From assembly GCF_009914755.1 (NCBI RefSeq), contig NC_060927.1: a DNA stretch of 64,000 nt, one strand, 5' to 3'. Positions within the stretch are counted from its first letter, which is position 1. Each line of letters starts with the position of its first letter. A program made the translations under genes and the position numbers. Shown piece by piece: positions 30,622 through 44,610 of the stretch. The notes beneath the pieces were generated by a model. That model had not been told where the DNA came from. It did no database searches and worked only from the letters and a program-made list of their open reading frames with translations. Source of the stretch: the human T2T-CHM13v2.0 reference genome, Homo sapiens.

Positions 30622-31449
30622 TTGGGGCTTTGGAAGATGATTTGTCATTGCTATTGTATTGACTTGTTTCCTGAAAATTTAGCAGATATAATTTCATTTG
30701 AGTGGCTTGAGCTCTATTTATCTGCATGGCCAAAATCTCAAACACACATGATGTAGTGGCTTGTAGAAAGCTTTTGATTCTTGTTAAATGGAGAGGAGGG
30801 AGAAAGGAAAGGAAAATCAGTCTGGTAGATTACTAGTGTCTTCTGTTTAAGTTCAGTTGCGCTGATAATTCCAGAAAATATACTGAGGAACTTCAAAAGG
30901 CATGTGGAACCTTGTGTAGTATGATTTATACTAATCATAGTATGTGTGTATGATTGTATAAGGTGAAAAACAAGATAATGCATCTTCTATGATTAAGTTG
31001 CCTTACTTATCAAGTAAGAGGTAACTGTACCCCGTTGGTCTTAAATAGCTGATATGTGGTTTGGTACTTAATACTGTCTATTGGAGGAATTGAAATAGAA
31101 TACCCAGAGATACCCAGAGTCTCCACTGGGAATACTTCTGCTCCCCAAATGTGATATCAGAGTAATATCAAGTAGAATGTGGAGTACACCCACCTATCGA
31201 GGCACAAACTGCCCTCTCCCATGACCCTTTCTCTGTAGAAAGTATTACTTATACTGTAAATAGCAGTCAAATTTCAAGTAACATCAGTTCTCTACATCTT
31301 AGCCTTTTCCAATCTGGGTGGCCAAAGTGAAGAATGATTAGGTACTGAAAATTTATAAATGCTGTGTCTGAGAATTTCTAGACAATGGGAAGACACCTCC
31401 CTAAGGAAACCTGTCAGTCTGAAGTCTTCCCAGCTTTCAGAGCATAGCA

Positions 31450-31935
31450 AGTTCTTACCATAGCCTGGAGAATATGTGATCTGCCAGTGCCTGCTGCCCC
31501 TTCACCTCTTACTGACATCCCCCTTCTCTCTGCAAGAGTGACTGCCTTGCTGTTCTTCAGAATGCCAGGCACCCTTTCACCCCAAGCATTTGCTCTCCTC
31601 TTCCTTCTGCCTGTATGTGCTTCCCTGGATGGGTGTTTGGTTTACTCCTGATTACCTGGGTCTCTGCTCGAATGTCATCTTCTCAGAGAGGTCCTCCCTG
31701 ACCACCCTCTCCCATAATAGCACCCACATTCATCTCTGCCAGCCCTCCCTGAGTTCCTACATGGCACCTGACACATATTCACTGTCTGCCCTCCCTCGCT
31801 TCCCCTCCCCACACACTAGGAAGTCACTTCCTAGAGGACCAGGGACTTTGTCTTTTTAACTGCTGTTTCTTCCACACATGTGCCACAGCGTGGCACATGG
31901 GAGCCGCTTGAGAGCTGTTTGCTGAGTGAAGGAAG
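31450..31935 (+). mobile_element. L2 3' part
   Basis: AATGTCATCTTCTCAGAGAGGTCCTCCCTGACCACCC...TGGCACATGG...GCTGAGTGAA. Confidence 0.8.
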
Positions 31936-33399
31936 CTGTTGGCTGAAAGGAGGGCAGAGAGGGCCTCTGGAGCAGGCCCGTGCCCCACCAGCCCTCCCCG
32001 AGAGCTCCTGCGGCAGCTTGCTTGCCTCTCTGTCGGAAACTTGCACCATTTAGGCAGCTCTTCCATGAGTATTCTTCCATTACATGCTAAGCACCTTGAG
32101 ACAAAGGTCTGTCTTAAGTTCTTTCCCTACTGTCACCCCTGCTGTTTTCCTTCAGGGCTCGGACTGAGCCTGGCACGCTATTTGCTCATGCTATTTGTCT
32201 TCAGCTATCTGTTAAGAAGGCATGCGGGTAGCAGTCATCCTCCCCAAGGGGAGCAGCAGATTAGGCAGCACTGTAATTCCTTAAGCAAACTCCTGGCCCA
32301 ACTAGCATTTCCATTCTGAATTCCTCTATGTACTGTCTTTGAGTCTTATGGAGACGATAATCTTGGTGAGAAAAGGGACCAGCCATATTCACTGCAGGAT
32401 CTCCCGTGGATGCATAGCATGGTGCCAGAGGCATGGTACCCCAACTCAGCACACACTCACTAATAATTCATCGCTAAAGTTCACTTTGGCCTATGTGAAA
32501 TTTATTATTGTTGATGTCCAACATTACACTAAAATTATAAGAATTTATGTACAATCTCTGTACAGGATCTGTAGGGAGCACACAGTTTTTCATTATGAAA
32601 GAGGCTTCGTTGCTCATCTCAGCTCCTGTGCTGTTGAACAAAAGGTGTTAGACACACACCCATTCCCTACTTGGGGTATTCACAAATGTCAGACCTCAAA
32701 GTCTCTTCTGAGTAAATTACTGCCTTTGCTTCATTTAAAGGTGCCCTTGTGACCTTAAAGAATTCAGCCACCTTTCAAAATAGAGCTGTATTTCTACTCC
32801 CACCTCACCAGAGGGTGAGCCTCAAGTGTTTGATTACAGAGGAGCGAGAACTTACTCTCTAGGATTAATGTAATAAGAGATGAAGAGCAGACAACATAGC
32901 CACTCACCGAAAACCATGTATTCATAAAAAATAAGCCAAGCCCAAAGTCTGGATTTCAGAATATTTTCATTAATAAATACTTTATTGCAATGAACAGCTT
33001 AATTGCTTAATCTCTGTGTAGTTATGGACATGTCTTGTATACACTGCCTGGGCTGTATACACTGTGTACACTGCTGGCTGGATGGGCTTAGGCAGAAGCA
33101 AGGGTCAAGGCTTTTGCCAGTCTTGCAAGGCAGGCTTGCATCAGGAATTCCTAGAGACTGAGGAGTTCTCATTGTAGGTTTCTTTCTGACTGAAAGAAGC
33201 ATGGTGCGGGCAGAGCACTAGGCTGCGGGGGTTAGAAGACCTTGCCTCACGACTCTAAATAAGTCGTTTAACCTAATTGAGCCTCAGGGTCCTCCCCTAA
33301 TGGAGACGGACACATCAAGGGGCTGTTTGGATCAAATGAGATCATGTGACTGTTTGTGGATAATGAAGTTCTGTGGAAAGAAGATGGGAGGGTAGCATT

Positions 33400-34768
33400 G
33401 CATACTGTCTTGGTAAGACCTCAGACTTGCTTAGCTGCAGCTCTTCACCCTCTTACGGACCTGCAGCTGAGCAGCTAAGCGTGATTGGAAATGTCATTCA
33501 GCTACGATGATTGGTATTCTTTAAAATGACCACTGACTTCAAGCAAGAACTTCACACCACTGGCATTGATGCTACATTCAGGACCATTCTTTCTCATTTC
33601 TAGACAGTGATTTCATATATTTTCCTCTCTCCCGAAACCTCCAGCACCTTCCAGCCTCACTCTCGGCCGATGGCTTTACTTCCCATTTCCCTGAGAAAAT
33701 TCAAGCCGCCAGGAGAGAACTTCTCAAAAGCGCCCACTGCCACATCCCCCTGCCTACTCTTCTGTCCACAGATACTGCTGCCTCCCCTGTTAGCATGGGT
33801 GACCATACACACTCCTTGCTAAGGCCAGCTTCTTTACTCGCACACCAGGTTGCATCCAGCCTTGCCTGTTGAAGTCCATGGCAGTGCCGTTCTCCTGCCT
33901 CTCTCCTGCTGTCAGCTTTTTCTTCTAGACTGGATCTTCCCAGTCAATACACACAAACATACTCTTGTTAGTATCTCCCACTTAGATAACCCTTTATTGA
34001 TTCCTTTTCAGTCATTAGCTACTACCCCATTTCTCTTTTCCTGTATGGCTAAATACTTTAAATTATTTTCCATATTCCCTGCTGCCTATTCCTCCTCTCA
34101 TATTCCTCTTGAAACTCATCGTCATCAGGCTTTTGCTCCCTCCAGCCTACCAAATCTGCTGTCATCAAGATCACAACTGGTCTTCCTGCTGTTAAATCCA
34201 GTGGTCAGTTTCCATCCCTCACTGTACTTGATTCCACATCTAGCATCCTCCCTCGTTAATGCACTTTCTTCTCATCTTCTCATGGCTCCCAGGATACCAC
34301 ACTTTCCTGGTGTTCCCCCCACCTCACTGTTGCTTCCTTTCAGTCTTCTTTCCTGATTCTTCCTGGCCATTTGTTGTCTTGTTGGAGTGCCTGGAGGAGT
34401 CTTTAGGCCTTCTCCTCCTATTTCTATCAGCACTCGCTCCCTCAATGATCTTACCCAGTCTGGAGTTTCAAATCCATCCAGAAGCTAACATCTCATGCAT
34501 CTCCAGTTGAGGCCTCCCTTCCACACTGCAAGTTCTCACATCCCTCTGCCCTTGGAGAGGCACGCCCTGTCCTACTTACCCTCCCAAGTGCTTACCACTG
34601 CTCACTGGCGTAGGCGTACGTGTTGGCCAGGGGTTGTCATCTCTGTGCTCTCCACTAGAATGTGGGCTCCACAATGGAGGACTCCGTTTACTGTTGTATC
34701 CATAGCACTTAGAAGAGTGCCTGGCACATAGTAGGTACTTATTCAATATTTTGTTAAAGGAGTGAATG
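33400..34768 (+). mobile_element. Long L2 relic (ORF2 region and 3' end)
   Basis: Pyrimidine-rich L2 text (TCAGGCTTTTGCTCCC, GTTAAATCCAGTGGTCAGTTTCC), ending GTGCCTGGCACATAGTAGG...GAGTGAATG. Confidence 0.8.
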
Positions 34769-35004
34769 TGTTAGGTCTCCATATACAGTGGAGATTCTAG
34801 TAATTCGCTGTCTCAGGTCCTGTCTCAACTCTCCCTACTAGTATTAGGGTGCCCTAGCCTTTCAGAGATGGTCTTTGTCTTGGAACTCTTACTAAATCTA
34901 TTTGATAAAATATGATTGTTTCTCTAGAACTCTGTTGAATTGATACCAGGCATTCAACTATGCAGTATTAAATGTATTCTTTATCATTGATTTGGGGAGG
35001 CTAT

Positions 35005-35250
35005 TTGGGATAGTAGAAAGATCTTTGACTTTAGAGCCAGATACTTCTGAGTTTAAATTCTTGCTCTGCTGCTAAATAGCTACAGAGCCTTAGTGGAAAC
35101 ATACAGTCTTAGGCCTTAGTTTTCTCATTTGTAAAGTGAAAGATTTGGTTCATAGGGCTCTTGGGAGAAATTACATGCTGAATATATGAAATGCATCTAG
35201 CATAATCTCTGGCATATAACAGGCATTCTATAGTGGTAACTATGATGATT
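35005..35250 (+). mobile_element. MIR
   Basis: GACTTTAGAGCCAGA...CCTTAGTTTTCTCATTTGTAAAGTG...TGGCATATAACAGG. Confidence 0.8.
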
Positions 35251-37349
35251 ATGGTCCTTAGCTATACGGATAATCTTAGGATTGCTTGCAATTCAAAACT
35301 TTTTGGAAAAAAAAATGTAATTATTCCTTTTAAATACTGGCCGTTGGTCTTTGGTTCAGAACATAATTGTCTAATTTAACATTGTTTCTGTGGTAAAAGT
35401 TAGATTTGATTTACATTTCAACTTACAGAGCCTTTTTCAGGAATTTATTCTGCTTCAAAGATCAAGGACTTCCTTTCAGTGAAACTTAACGACAGTGCTT
35501 AGGAATGGAATGCTCTGGAAGGATTGTCTTCTAATTAATGAGAAAGGAGCTTATTTTGTGGGGGAGGTTCTAAAATGCCTTTATATGTGCACTGAGCATA
35601 ATTCCAAAGTTATACAGTAAACACTCCATGAATACTTGGTTACTTGTTTTTGCTCCAGAGATACTTAACTGAACTCCTCTATTGATTGCCCTGAGGTATA
35701 GCTATGGAAAGTAGAGGTGATGCTACTAAATACAAATTCAACATAGGCTTACAAATATCTTAGAGGAGCTTTTCTGGCTTTGAACTGTAAACGTCAACGT
35801 AGCTATATTCATGATAATTATATCTTGATTGTATCTTCTTAGGGAAAGGATTGTCAATGGTCCTAGCTCAAAGGAAATTGAACAAAGAAGTTAAGATAGC
35901 ACATGCAAACATACACATCCGTGTGTGCCCAAACATACGGACTCTCTCACACTGTTAAATAATGCATGAGCAAAATATTAAGTGCAAGGTACAGTCTAAC
36001 GCATATCACTCTGCAGTATGTGGTAAGTGCCAAATGAACAGGATAAATTTAAGTACTGTAATTTCAAAGAACGAGTCATTAGCAAAGGCTAAAAATGGTC
36101 AAGGAAGGCTTCCTGGAAAAAGTGAGCTTGGAGCTGGGCATTGACAGATGAGTCACACTGTGCCTCATGATGCAGTGTGCAGAACTGGTCCAGCCAGGGT
36201 CAAGTGGATGGCTCTCAGGCCAGTCCACACCCTCCTCTGGGGGAACTAGGGCAAGTCTGCTGGCTGCCTCAGTCCTTCCCTGTGAATGCAGCCCATTATT
36301 CCTGAATCACATCCTTGTCTGCCATTGGTGATTTTGGGTGCTTCGTGGGCTTTGGGTCAAGGCAGGGGGTTCTTAAGTGGGGAGGGCAGGAAAGGGAGTT
36401 TAGGATCACGTTTGTTGTGGGGAAGTATCTGAATGATTCATTTGCTGTGCGTGTCTGAATCTTTCTTTGGAGATGAGTTGATGAGGGCAAGCTTTGGCTG
36501 TGGATTTCTCTCTGGTGATGTGATTTGATTTGATGGATAATTATGGAAGAGAAGGAAAAGGAGATTCAGGATTCAGACACAGAAAAACCTGACAAACGAT
36601 TCACAAACACTTTTCTCCACCCACAGAAACCCAAATACTTAGACTGTGCCTTGTGGCAGGGGCAGTAGGGTGGCTGGAGAGAGCTGTCACATGCACTCAC
36701 TTGCCCAGCTCCATGGATTGTTTACTTGGCAGCCATAGCTGTCGATAGTTGGTTATACGAATGGGGTGTGTTTGGCCAGGATCCCGTAGTCTCACTTAGG
36801 CCTTTCATAATAGTCATGACAGGTTCTCTGTGGTCAGGGAGGCTGGGATAGAGGTGGGGGAGCTGGAAAAGGATGGGCCACCTCTGTCCTGTCCATAGGG
36901 TGACAGCCACAGTTCTCCATAGGAACCAAACCTGCAGGTGTGTCAGTTAACCATGAACCCTAAGCAGGAAAATAATATCGCCTTTTTTAGACCTCCGCAA
37001 TTTGTGTCTCTGCATAAGACAATGAGTTTTATTGCAAAGGCCTAGTTACAAAAAAGCGTGTCCTGTGTGATGATGACTGTGACTGTCCCAAGCTGTTCTG
37101 CTTCGGTAGGACAGTCCAAACCAGAACCAGGACCAGGCTTGCTTGACAAATCCTCTCTAAAGGAACAGGTGGTAGGAAACTTCTGACCCTCAGCGATTGG
37201 ACTCAAAACATTCTCTGGAAGTACCTTAGACATTACCCTGGTTTTACAAATGAGAAAACTACCACTCTGTCCATGGACTGATTTGTTTGAGGTTACCAAA
37301 CTCTTCTTGCCTGTCTCTTTCTCTCTTTACATGCTGTTAATTTGTTGTG

Positions 37350-39020
<1,671 letters not shown>

Positions 39021-39074
39021 TTTCATGAACAAAGTGTGTCCAGTCACTGGCACATAGTGGGCTCTCCTTATCCT

Positions 39075-39190
39075 TTTTATTGTGGTGAGATACAGTGTAT
39101 CATTTTAACAAATTTTAAGAGCACAGTTCAATGACATTACATTTGTATTGTTGTGTAACCATCACCACTGTCTGCTCCCTACACTTTTCT
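39075..39190 (-). mobile_element. L1MB-type 3' terminal fragment
   Basis: TTTATTGTGGTGA...ACAGTTCAATGACATT...TTGTTGTGTAACCATCACCACT. Confidence 0.75.
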
Positions 39191-41720
39191 GAAATGAAGG
39201 AGTCGAGGAATAAGCAAGTAATTGAGTGAGGGACTCTTGGCAAAGCAGTTGTACAGTGTCGATCTCTTGACTTGGAGGCCCAGGGGGTCCTTTCCATTGC
39301 ACTGTGCTCTGGAGGAGGAAGGGCAAGAAGATGAGTCTGAGCCCCATCTCAGGGTGCTCGATGCATGCAGCAAGGAAGCTCAGTGTTTCCACACGTTTCA
39401 GGTTGCCTCTGTTCTAAATGACGAGGGTGCTGCCCTGTCTCCCCTTCCTTCTGCCGTGCACACACCTGCTCACACAGGCACCATGTGTACACATCCCTTC
39501 CTCTGCACTGGAGGAAGCACCTTTGCAATATTTCCAGCTCATGGGATGGTGTGAAAGGGATATGCTCATTCTCCTTTGAACCCTTCTCACCGGATCTCCA
39601 TCATGAGGGGACTCTCTCTGCCTCCCTTGGTGTTCTCATCAGCACCTCGTCAGGTGAGTATTCCATTGATGGCAGGGAAGTGTTTATTTTTAATTCTAAA
39701 GTAAATCAGATTACATAGAACACAAAATGTTGTGTTGGATCAAAACCATTGACTATGAAATTCTCCCAGATGGATGAAAGGCGGGGGCTTGTTTTCAGCC
39801 CTTAACCACTTCTTCTCACAAGCTGGTTAAATTCTACGAGAAGTCCATCCTTGCGAGCACTTCGCCATCACAGGCCCTTCCCTTGGGGAGCTGTGGCATC
39901 TCCCCCACCCCCAGCACACTCACACCCCCCAGCAGACGGGAACATTCTCATGCTCACTGTCACTCACGTGTGTGCTGTCCCACGTGTTCTCACTCATATG
40001 CACTAATTACACACACACACCCAACCTGCAGGTTTGCTTTTGACACGCCAGGAATTACATGGGAGCAGCCAGAGAGCCCAAAGTAAGCCTTGAGATGACT
40101 TTAACCCCTGTGAAGCCCACAGGGTAAGACCCCTGCTCAGACCAACGTGACAGGCTCCTGCTCATCACGTGAGTTGCCCTGGATTCCTCGATGACGTTGC
40201 AATGGTGTCTTCTCAACAAAACCTCATTGAGGTCTTGAGACAGGGGCGCAGGCCAGGCACATCTAAGTGTTCGAGGTCTTCTTTGTTGAATTCCACAGCA
40301 TTATGTGTGCCTCCAGGATGTGCCTGGCACATGGTTGGCCTGGGGTGTTTGGAGAGGACTGGGTGTAGGCCGGACCCTAGAGGAGCTTATAGGACAGTGC
40401 TGGCGGCAGAGGTGCCCATACCTGCGTCCTGCATGATGTTGCGAGCGTGATACCCGATCTGTGCACAGGAAGCTGCGGGAGCTTGGAGGAAAAGAGAACC
40501 TTGCTCTGTGGGATGAGAATGCAGGTCAAGGTCAGGGGAGAGTTCAGAGAGGCACTTGCCAACCTGAAGGTGTGGAGATGCTGCCGTGCATGGGCAGGAA
40601 GGGGAGTGGTGGGGCAGAGAAGTCAGGGTGTGGGGTGGGGGCATGGTTCCAGGAAGCTTCCTATTTTGTCTTGTCAGCAGTAGATAGGAACTGGATTGAA
40701 TCGGGATTATGCTCACTTCTATTGTTAGCTCTGATCATTTGTTGTTTGACTTCCTGCTTTCCCACTAGAGATACGAGTACATGGCAAGAGATTTCTGAAT
40801 TCCCACACCACAGGTGTGGCCATGGTGCACAGCATTGCAAGGTCCAGGGTCAGTCGTCATTTTGCTGGTAAGGAAGGCATAAACTAACAGCCCAGTAGAC
40901 AAATAGCAGTGTCCCTTCATGCGGTTGTTACTTTGTGAGAGTAAAGACATACACCAATTGTTTAATGTATTCGGGTAGATTTTCTACTAGTCGTGTCCGT
41001 TTAAAAAAATCACCAGTCAGTTCTCTTTATCGGAAAAGGTACTAGACACCTGTAGTTGAGCATGTGCTGAGATCTGGTGTTTTGTTAATTGCAGTATTTG
41101 ATGATACTGGCAAAAGTCACTAAGAGAATCCTCAAAACATCTTGTTAGAAATGGGAAGAATATTCCTTGACTGGCAAATTTTTTTTCTGTTCTTAAAATT
41201 AAGCTTATAAATGGCTGGAAAAATTAGTTATTTTTTCCAGGCTTTAGTTGGGAAGAGATTTTTGTGTCTGGTGGGAACGTTCCCTCTCTCCGTTGATGCT
41301 TGAGAAAGCTACAAGACGCTGATGGTGTTGGTGGCAGCTTTGCCTTATCGGCTGTCCTGGATGTCTTGGCCTCAGATAAGACACTTAACCCACAGTGGGA
41401 GCATGCTGCTGCTTTTCAACTGGGAAACGTTACCGTCTGTTTCCATCACAGTGGCCCATGACGAAGTTGAAAGATGCCTCTGACATTTGTTATATTATAA
41501 AAATGCCAAGAATCTCCTAAAGTTTGACTCATAGGTCAGTTTGCTTTCTTAAAACAAAATGGCAACCAATGAAAGTTTTCTGGTGAGTGTTATCCTCCGA
41601 AATTTTAAGTGGATTTAAATAAAGTTCAGTCCGTGGATGAGAGGATTCTCAGTGAAATTTTCAGTGTGCAGAATTACTCGAGGCCATTGAGCAGAGTCAT
41701 TGCTTTCTGTAATGTTTTCC

Positions 41721-42240
41721 CATAAGAACACAAGAATCTCCATCCTCCATCAGACTAATAGTTTTTCCAGTCCAGCATTTTGCCACTGAGAATGGAATTA
41801 AGGGAGTTGCTGTGGGAAGACCCCATAACCCTTCCAGCCATCACCTCAAAAACGTAGGAGTGTGCTTTAAATATGTGTAACTCCCCTTAATAAGCTATTA
41901 TGGAGCCCTTATTCATATGATTCTTGAATTTGTCTAAATTGCATTTGCAGCAGTTTTTATTTTGGGCTGTTACCATCTGGTGGAACGTGGCGGGCAGTCT
42001 GAACAGCAGCCAGTCAGGATTTACCCCATATCACCACCAAAGGATCTCAGTCCTTTATCCATTCAATTTTCATGCTGATTCATTTGATTCACTAAGTAGA
42101 ATTGATAAATGCCTACATTGTTCACCTATGTGTTGATTTTTGGCTCTTTGTAAGGGCATTGCTTTAAATCATGTTACCAGTCAGTTCTTATTCTTCCTCT
42201 TAATATGTAAGAAGTGCAGCTTCTTCATATTGGTTCCAAA
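41721..42240 (-). mobile_element. Ancient CR1/L3-clade LINE 3' relic (Plat_L3-like)
   Basis: Begins CATAAGAACACAAGAA (antisense of a TTCTTATG-type tail), then CCATCCTCCATCAGACTAATAG...TCCAGTCCAGCATTTTG, resembling amniote CR1 3' ends. Weak similarity continues to about 42240. Confidence 0.6.
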
Positions 42241-42459
42241 GGCACAACTCACCATATTTTCTCTTTCATTTTCTACAGGGGCAATCGGAGCTGTAGAGCC
42301 TCTGGTTGGTAACACCCATTGTAGAATAGTGGGGTGTGGGCCTCAGAGAGACTGAGGTTATCGCTGGCCCCATTGTTTACTGGCCATGTGGTCTGGAGTG
42401 CTTTGCTGCATCTCCCTGGGCTTGGCTTCCTCATCTGCGAGGTGGGGGTAATAGGTGGC

Positions 42460-42935
42460 TTCTCATAAAATTGGACTCACTCAGACTCCCTCAGTTGCAA
42501 GTGATAGCCCAATTTCAGTGGACTTCTGTGAAAGGTGCAGCTGACCTCAGGTGGTGCTCGATTCCAGGGGGTGCTGGGGAGGAGCTGTCTCTTTCTTCAT
42601 CTCTCAGCAGGGGTTGTCTCTGTTTGGCTTTCTCCTAGGATGTGGTGGCGAAATAGCCACTGGCAGCCCTGGATTTATATCTTACCAGTGTGGCAACCCA
42701 GCCAAAAGAGACAGCATTTTTCTAATAGAAAAATTAGAGAAATCCCATGGAGGTATCTAAGTGCTTGGCATGGGGCACAGTCTGTTCTTTCCTGTTGCGG
42801 CCAAGGGAGGAGAGTTTTCTGGCCCTGCAGTGGCCAGAAGATGGAGTCACTTTTACCCAAACCACATGGGGAAAGGATTCCCCACAGAAACGGAGGTTCT
42901 CACCAGGGGAAGTGGAGGGAGGCATTTACAACAGT
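42460..42935 (-). mobile_element. MaLR LTR relic (MLT1K/L-like)
   Basis: GCCACTGGCAGCCCTGGATTTATATC...CAACCCAGCCAAAAGAGA...ACCCAAACCACATGG. Confidence 0.65.
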
Positions 42936-43962
42936 GTGAGATTACAACAGTGGCCGCCCTGGAGATGTGAGGGCTGTGAGGCAATGCAGGCAGAGCTCCT
43001 CAGGCAGAATTCTGTCATGCAGAATTCCCAGTAGATGGAATCCAGCCTCTTTTTTCCTTCCCTTTACTGCTTAAGGAATGCAGCTTCTTTAGATTGCTTC
43101 TAAAGGCACTTCCTTCAAACATTAAGTTGATTCTACCTTTAATACTTTTATAAACTTTTAATTCTATGTCCTCTCAACCTGGATGTGTTTTGGAAAGATT
43201 TATTTTAAGAGGGGGGTTGGTATGGCAGGGGGAAATTTCACTTAATCTGCTTTTTGTCATTCAGTCAAAAATTACGTATGGAGCCTCTGCTGCATACAGA
43301 ACACCCCAAAGTCTGTGGGGGATGGAAAGGAACCATGAGAAGCCCCTTTCCTGGGGTGTCTGTGGCCCGTTGGAATGTGTGGTGGGTCAAGTGTGTAGAT
43401 TCTGTGGTATAAGGTGGAATATGGGCAAGTGCTGTTAGGGAGGTGGGAAGCTGGAGGGAGCCCAGAGTGGAGCAGAGCCCCATCCAGCTGGGACAATACA
43501 GGAGGACTAGATGGAGGGGGTGGTATCTGAGCCAGGCCTGAGGAGGGGTGTGGTTTTATAGGCATAGCTGTTGGGGGCAGAGTGGGGTGGAAGGAGGAGT
43601 GGCCCAGCAGAGGTGAGGGAGAGGGAGCTGACAGCTTCATTCTTGATGCTCACTTTATGCCAGGCTCTGGGCATTTGGACAAGTAACAGTTCATTGCTCT
43701 ATCCAAGGAAGAACCCCATCAAGTCATGGGTGCCCAGCCGAAAGTCTTTAAGGGGTCGAGTGAGGGCGTGGAGGAGGCAGCCTTCAACTTTCCTGAAAGG
43801 CACAGAGATGGGATGGTGAGGATGAATCTGTGAAATGATGATGATTCCTGGGTTTCTGGAGGCGGAGGTCTACAAGGAGGGTGGTGCAATGGAGCCAGGT
43901 GGTGGAAGACCTTGAATGCCAGAGTAAGGAGTTTGGTGGAGATTGTTGAGGCACTAGTTCTT

Positions 43963-44115
43963 CAGGGAAGGCCTCATGGGTGTGTGTTCTGTGCAGTTGC
44001 CCAGGGCCCCATGCTCAGCTTAATGCTATGGTATTGTCCTCTTGAAATTCTTAATACTTTTGAAACAAGGGGTCCTGCATTTTCATTTTGCACTGGACTT
44101 GCAAATCAAAGCATG
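43963..44115 (+). mobile_element. MER91A-like hAT-Tip100 MITE
   Basis: CTGTGCAGTTGCCCAGGGCCCCATGCTCAG...TCTTGAAATTCTTAATA...CATTTTCATTTTGCACTGG. Confidence 0.85.
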
Positions 44116-44369
44116 CTTGGGGGATGATGTACTTTAGAACAGAGCTGTGCTTTAGAGAAGAGGTTGGGCCATAGTTGGGAGGCTGTTTGCATCCTTTTGA
44201 GGAAGGGGGAGTAAAGGGCCCAGACGAGGATGGGTATGCTGGGGATGGAGGGAATTCCTCTGACAGCCTGTGGCCAGGCCCGAGCAGCAGGCGGAGGAGG
44301 AGCCGCCATCAGCTCTTGACTGGGGGACATTCTTGGAGCTGTCCTCTAAGTCAGGCCTGCAGGTGACTT

Positions 44370-44610
44370 CCAGGGATAGCGTTGGTGTTCCAAACGGCAA
44401 TTGAGAAGACTGTCTTAATATTTTTACTCTCAACAGTAAGCTAAAGCTGACATTGGCAGTCTCATTCAACGAATGTGAAATAACCAGAAAAGACATTCCA
44501 AGGCGTTCTGGAATCAAACAGATGGACGGAGCAAACATGTTAAAAACAGTAAATCACAACTTGAACTTCAGCTAATCATAATTGCATTTCTCTTTCCTTA
44601 TTTAATTTTG
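44370..44610. promoter_or_regulatory. Candidate conserved non-coding element
   Basis: Repeat-free. CAATTG, TGACA, AACAGATGG E-box near 44517, CTAATCATAATTGCAT, TTAATT. Confidence 0.3.

Noticed and set aside
33036-33073. Short TGTATACACTG-like repeats; also ATACCCAGAG x2 at 31100-31119
   Set aside because: Ordinary slippage microduplications with no further structure.
33850-34356. 168-aa Leu/Ser/Pro-rich ORF
   Set aside because: Lies within an L2 relic; compositional artefact.
42820-42838. CTCF-like GCCCTGCAGTGG
   Set aside because: Mismatches at the invariant AG core positions; lies inside an LTR relic.
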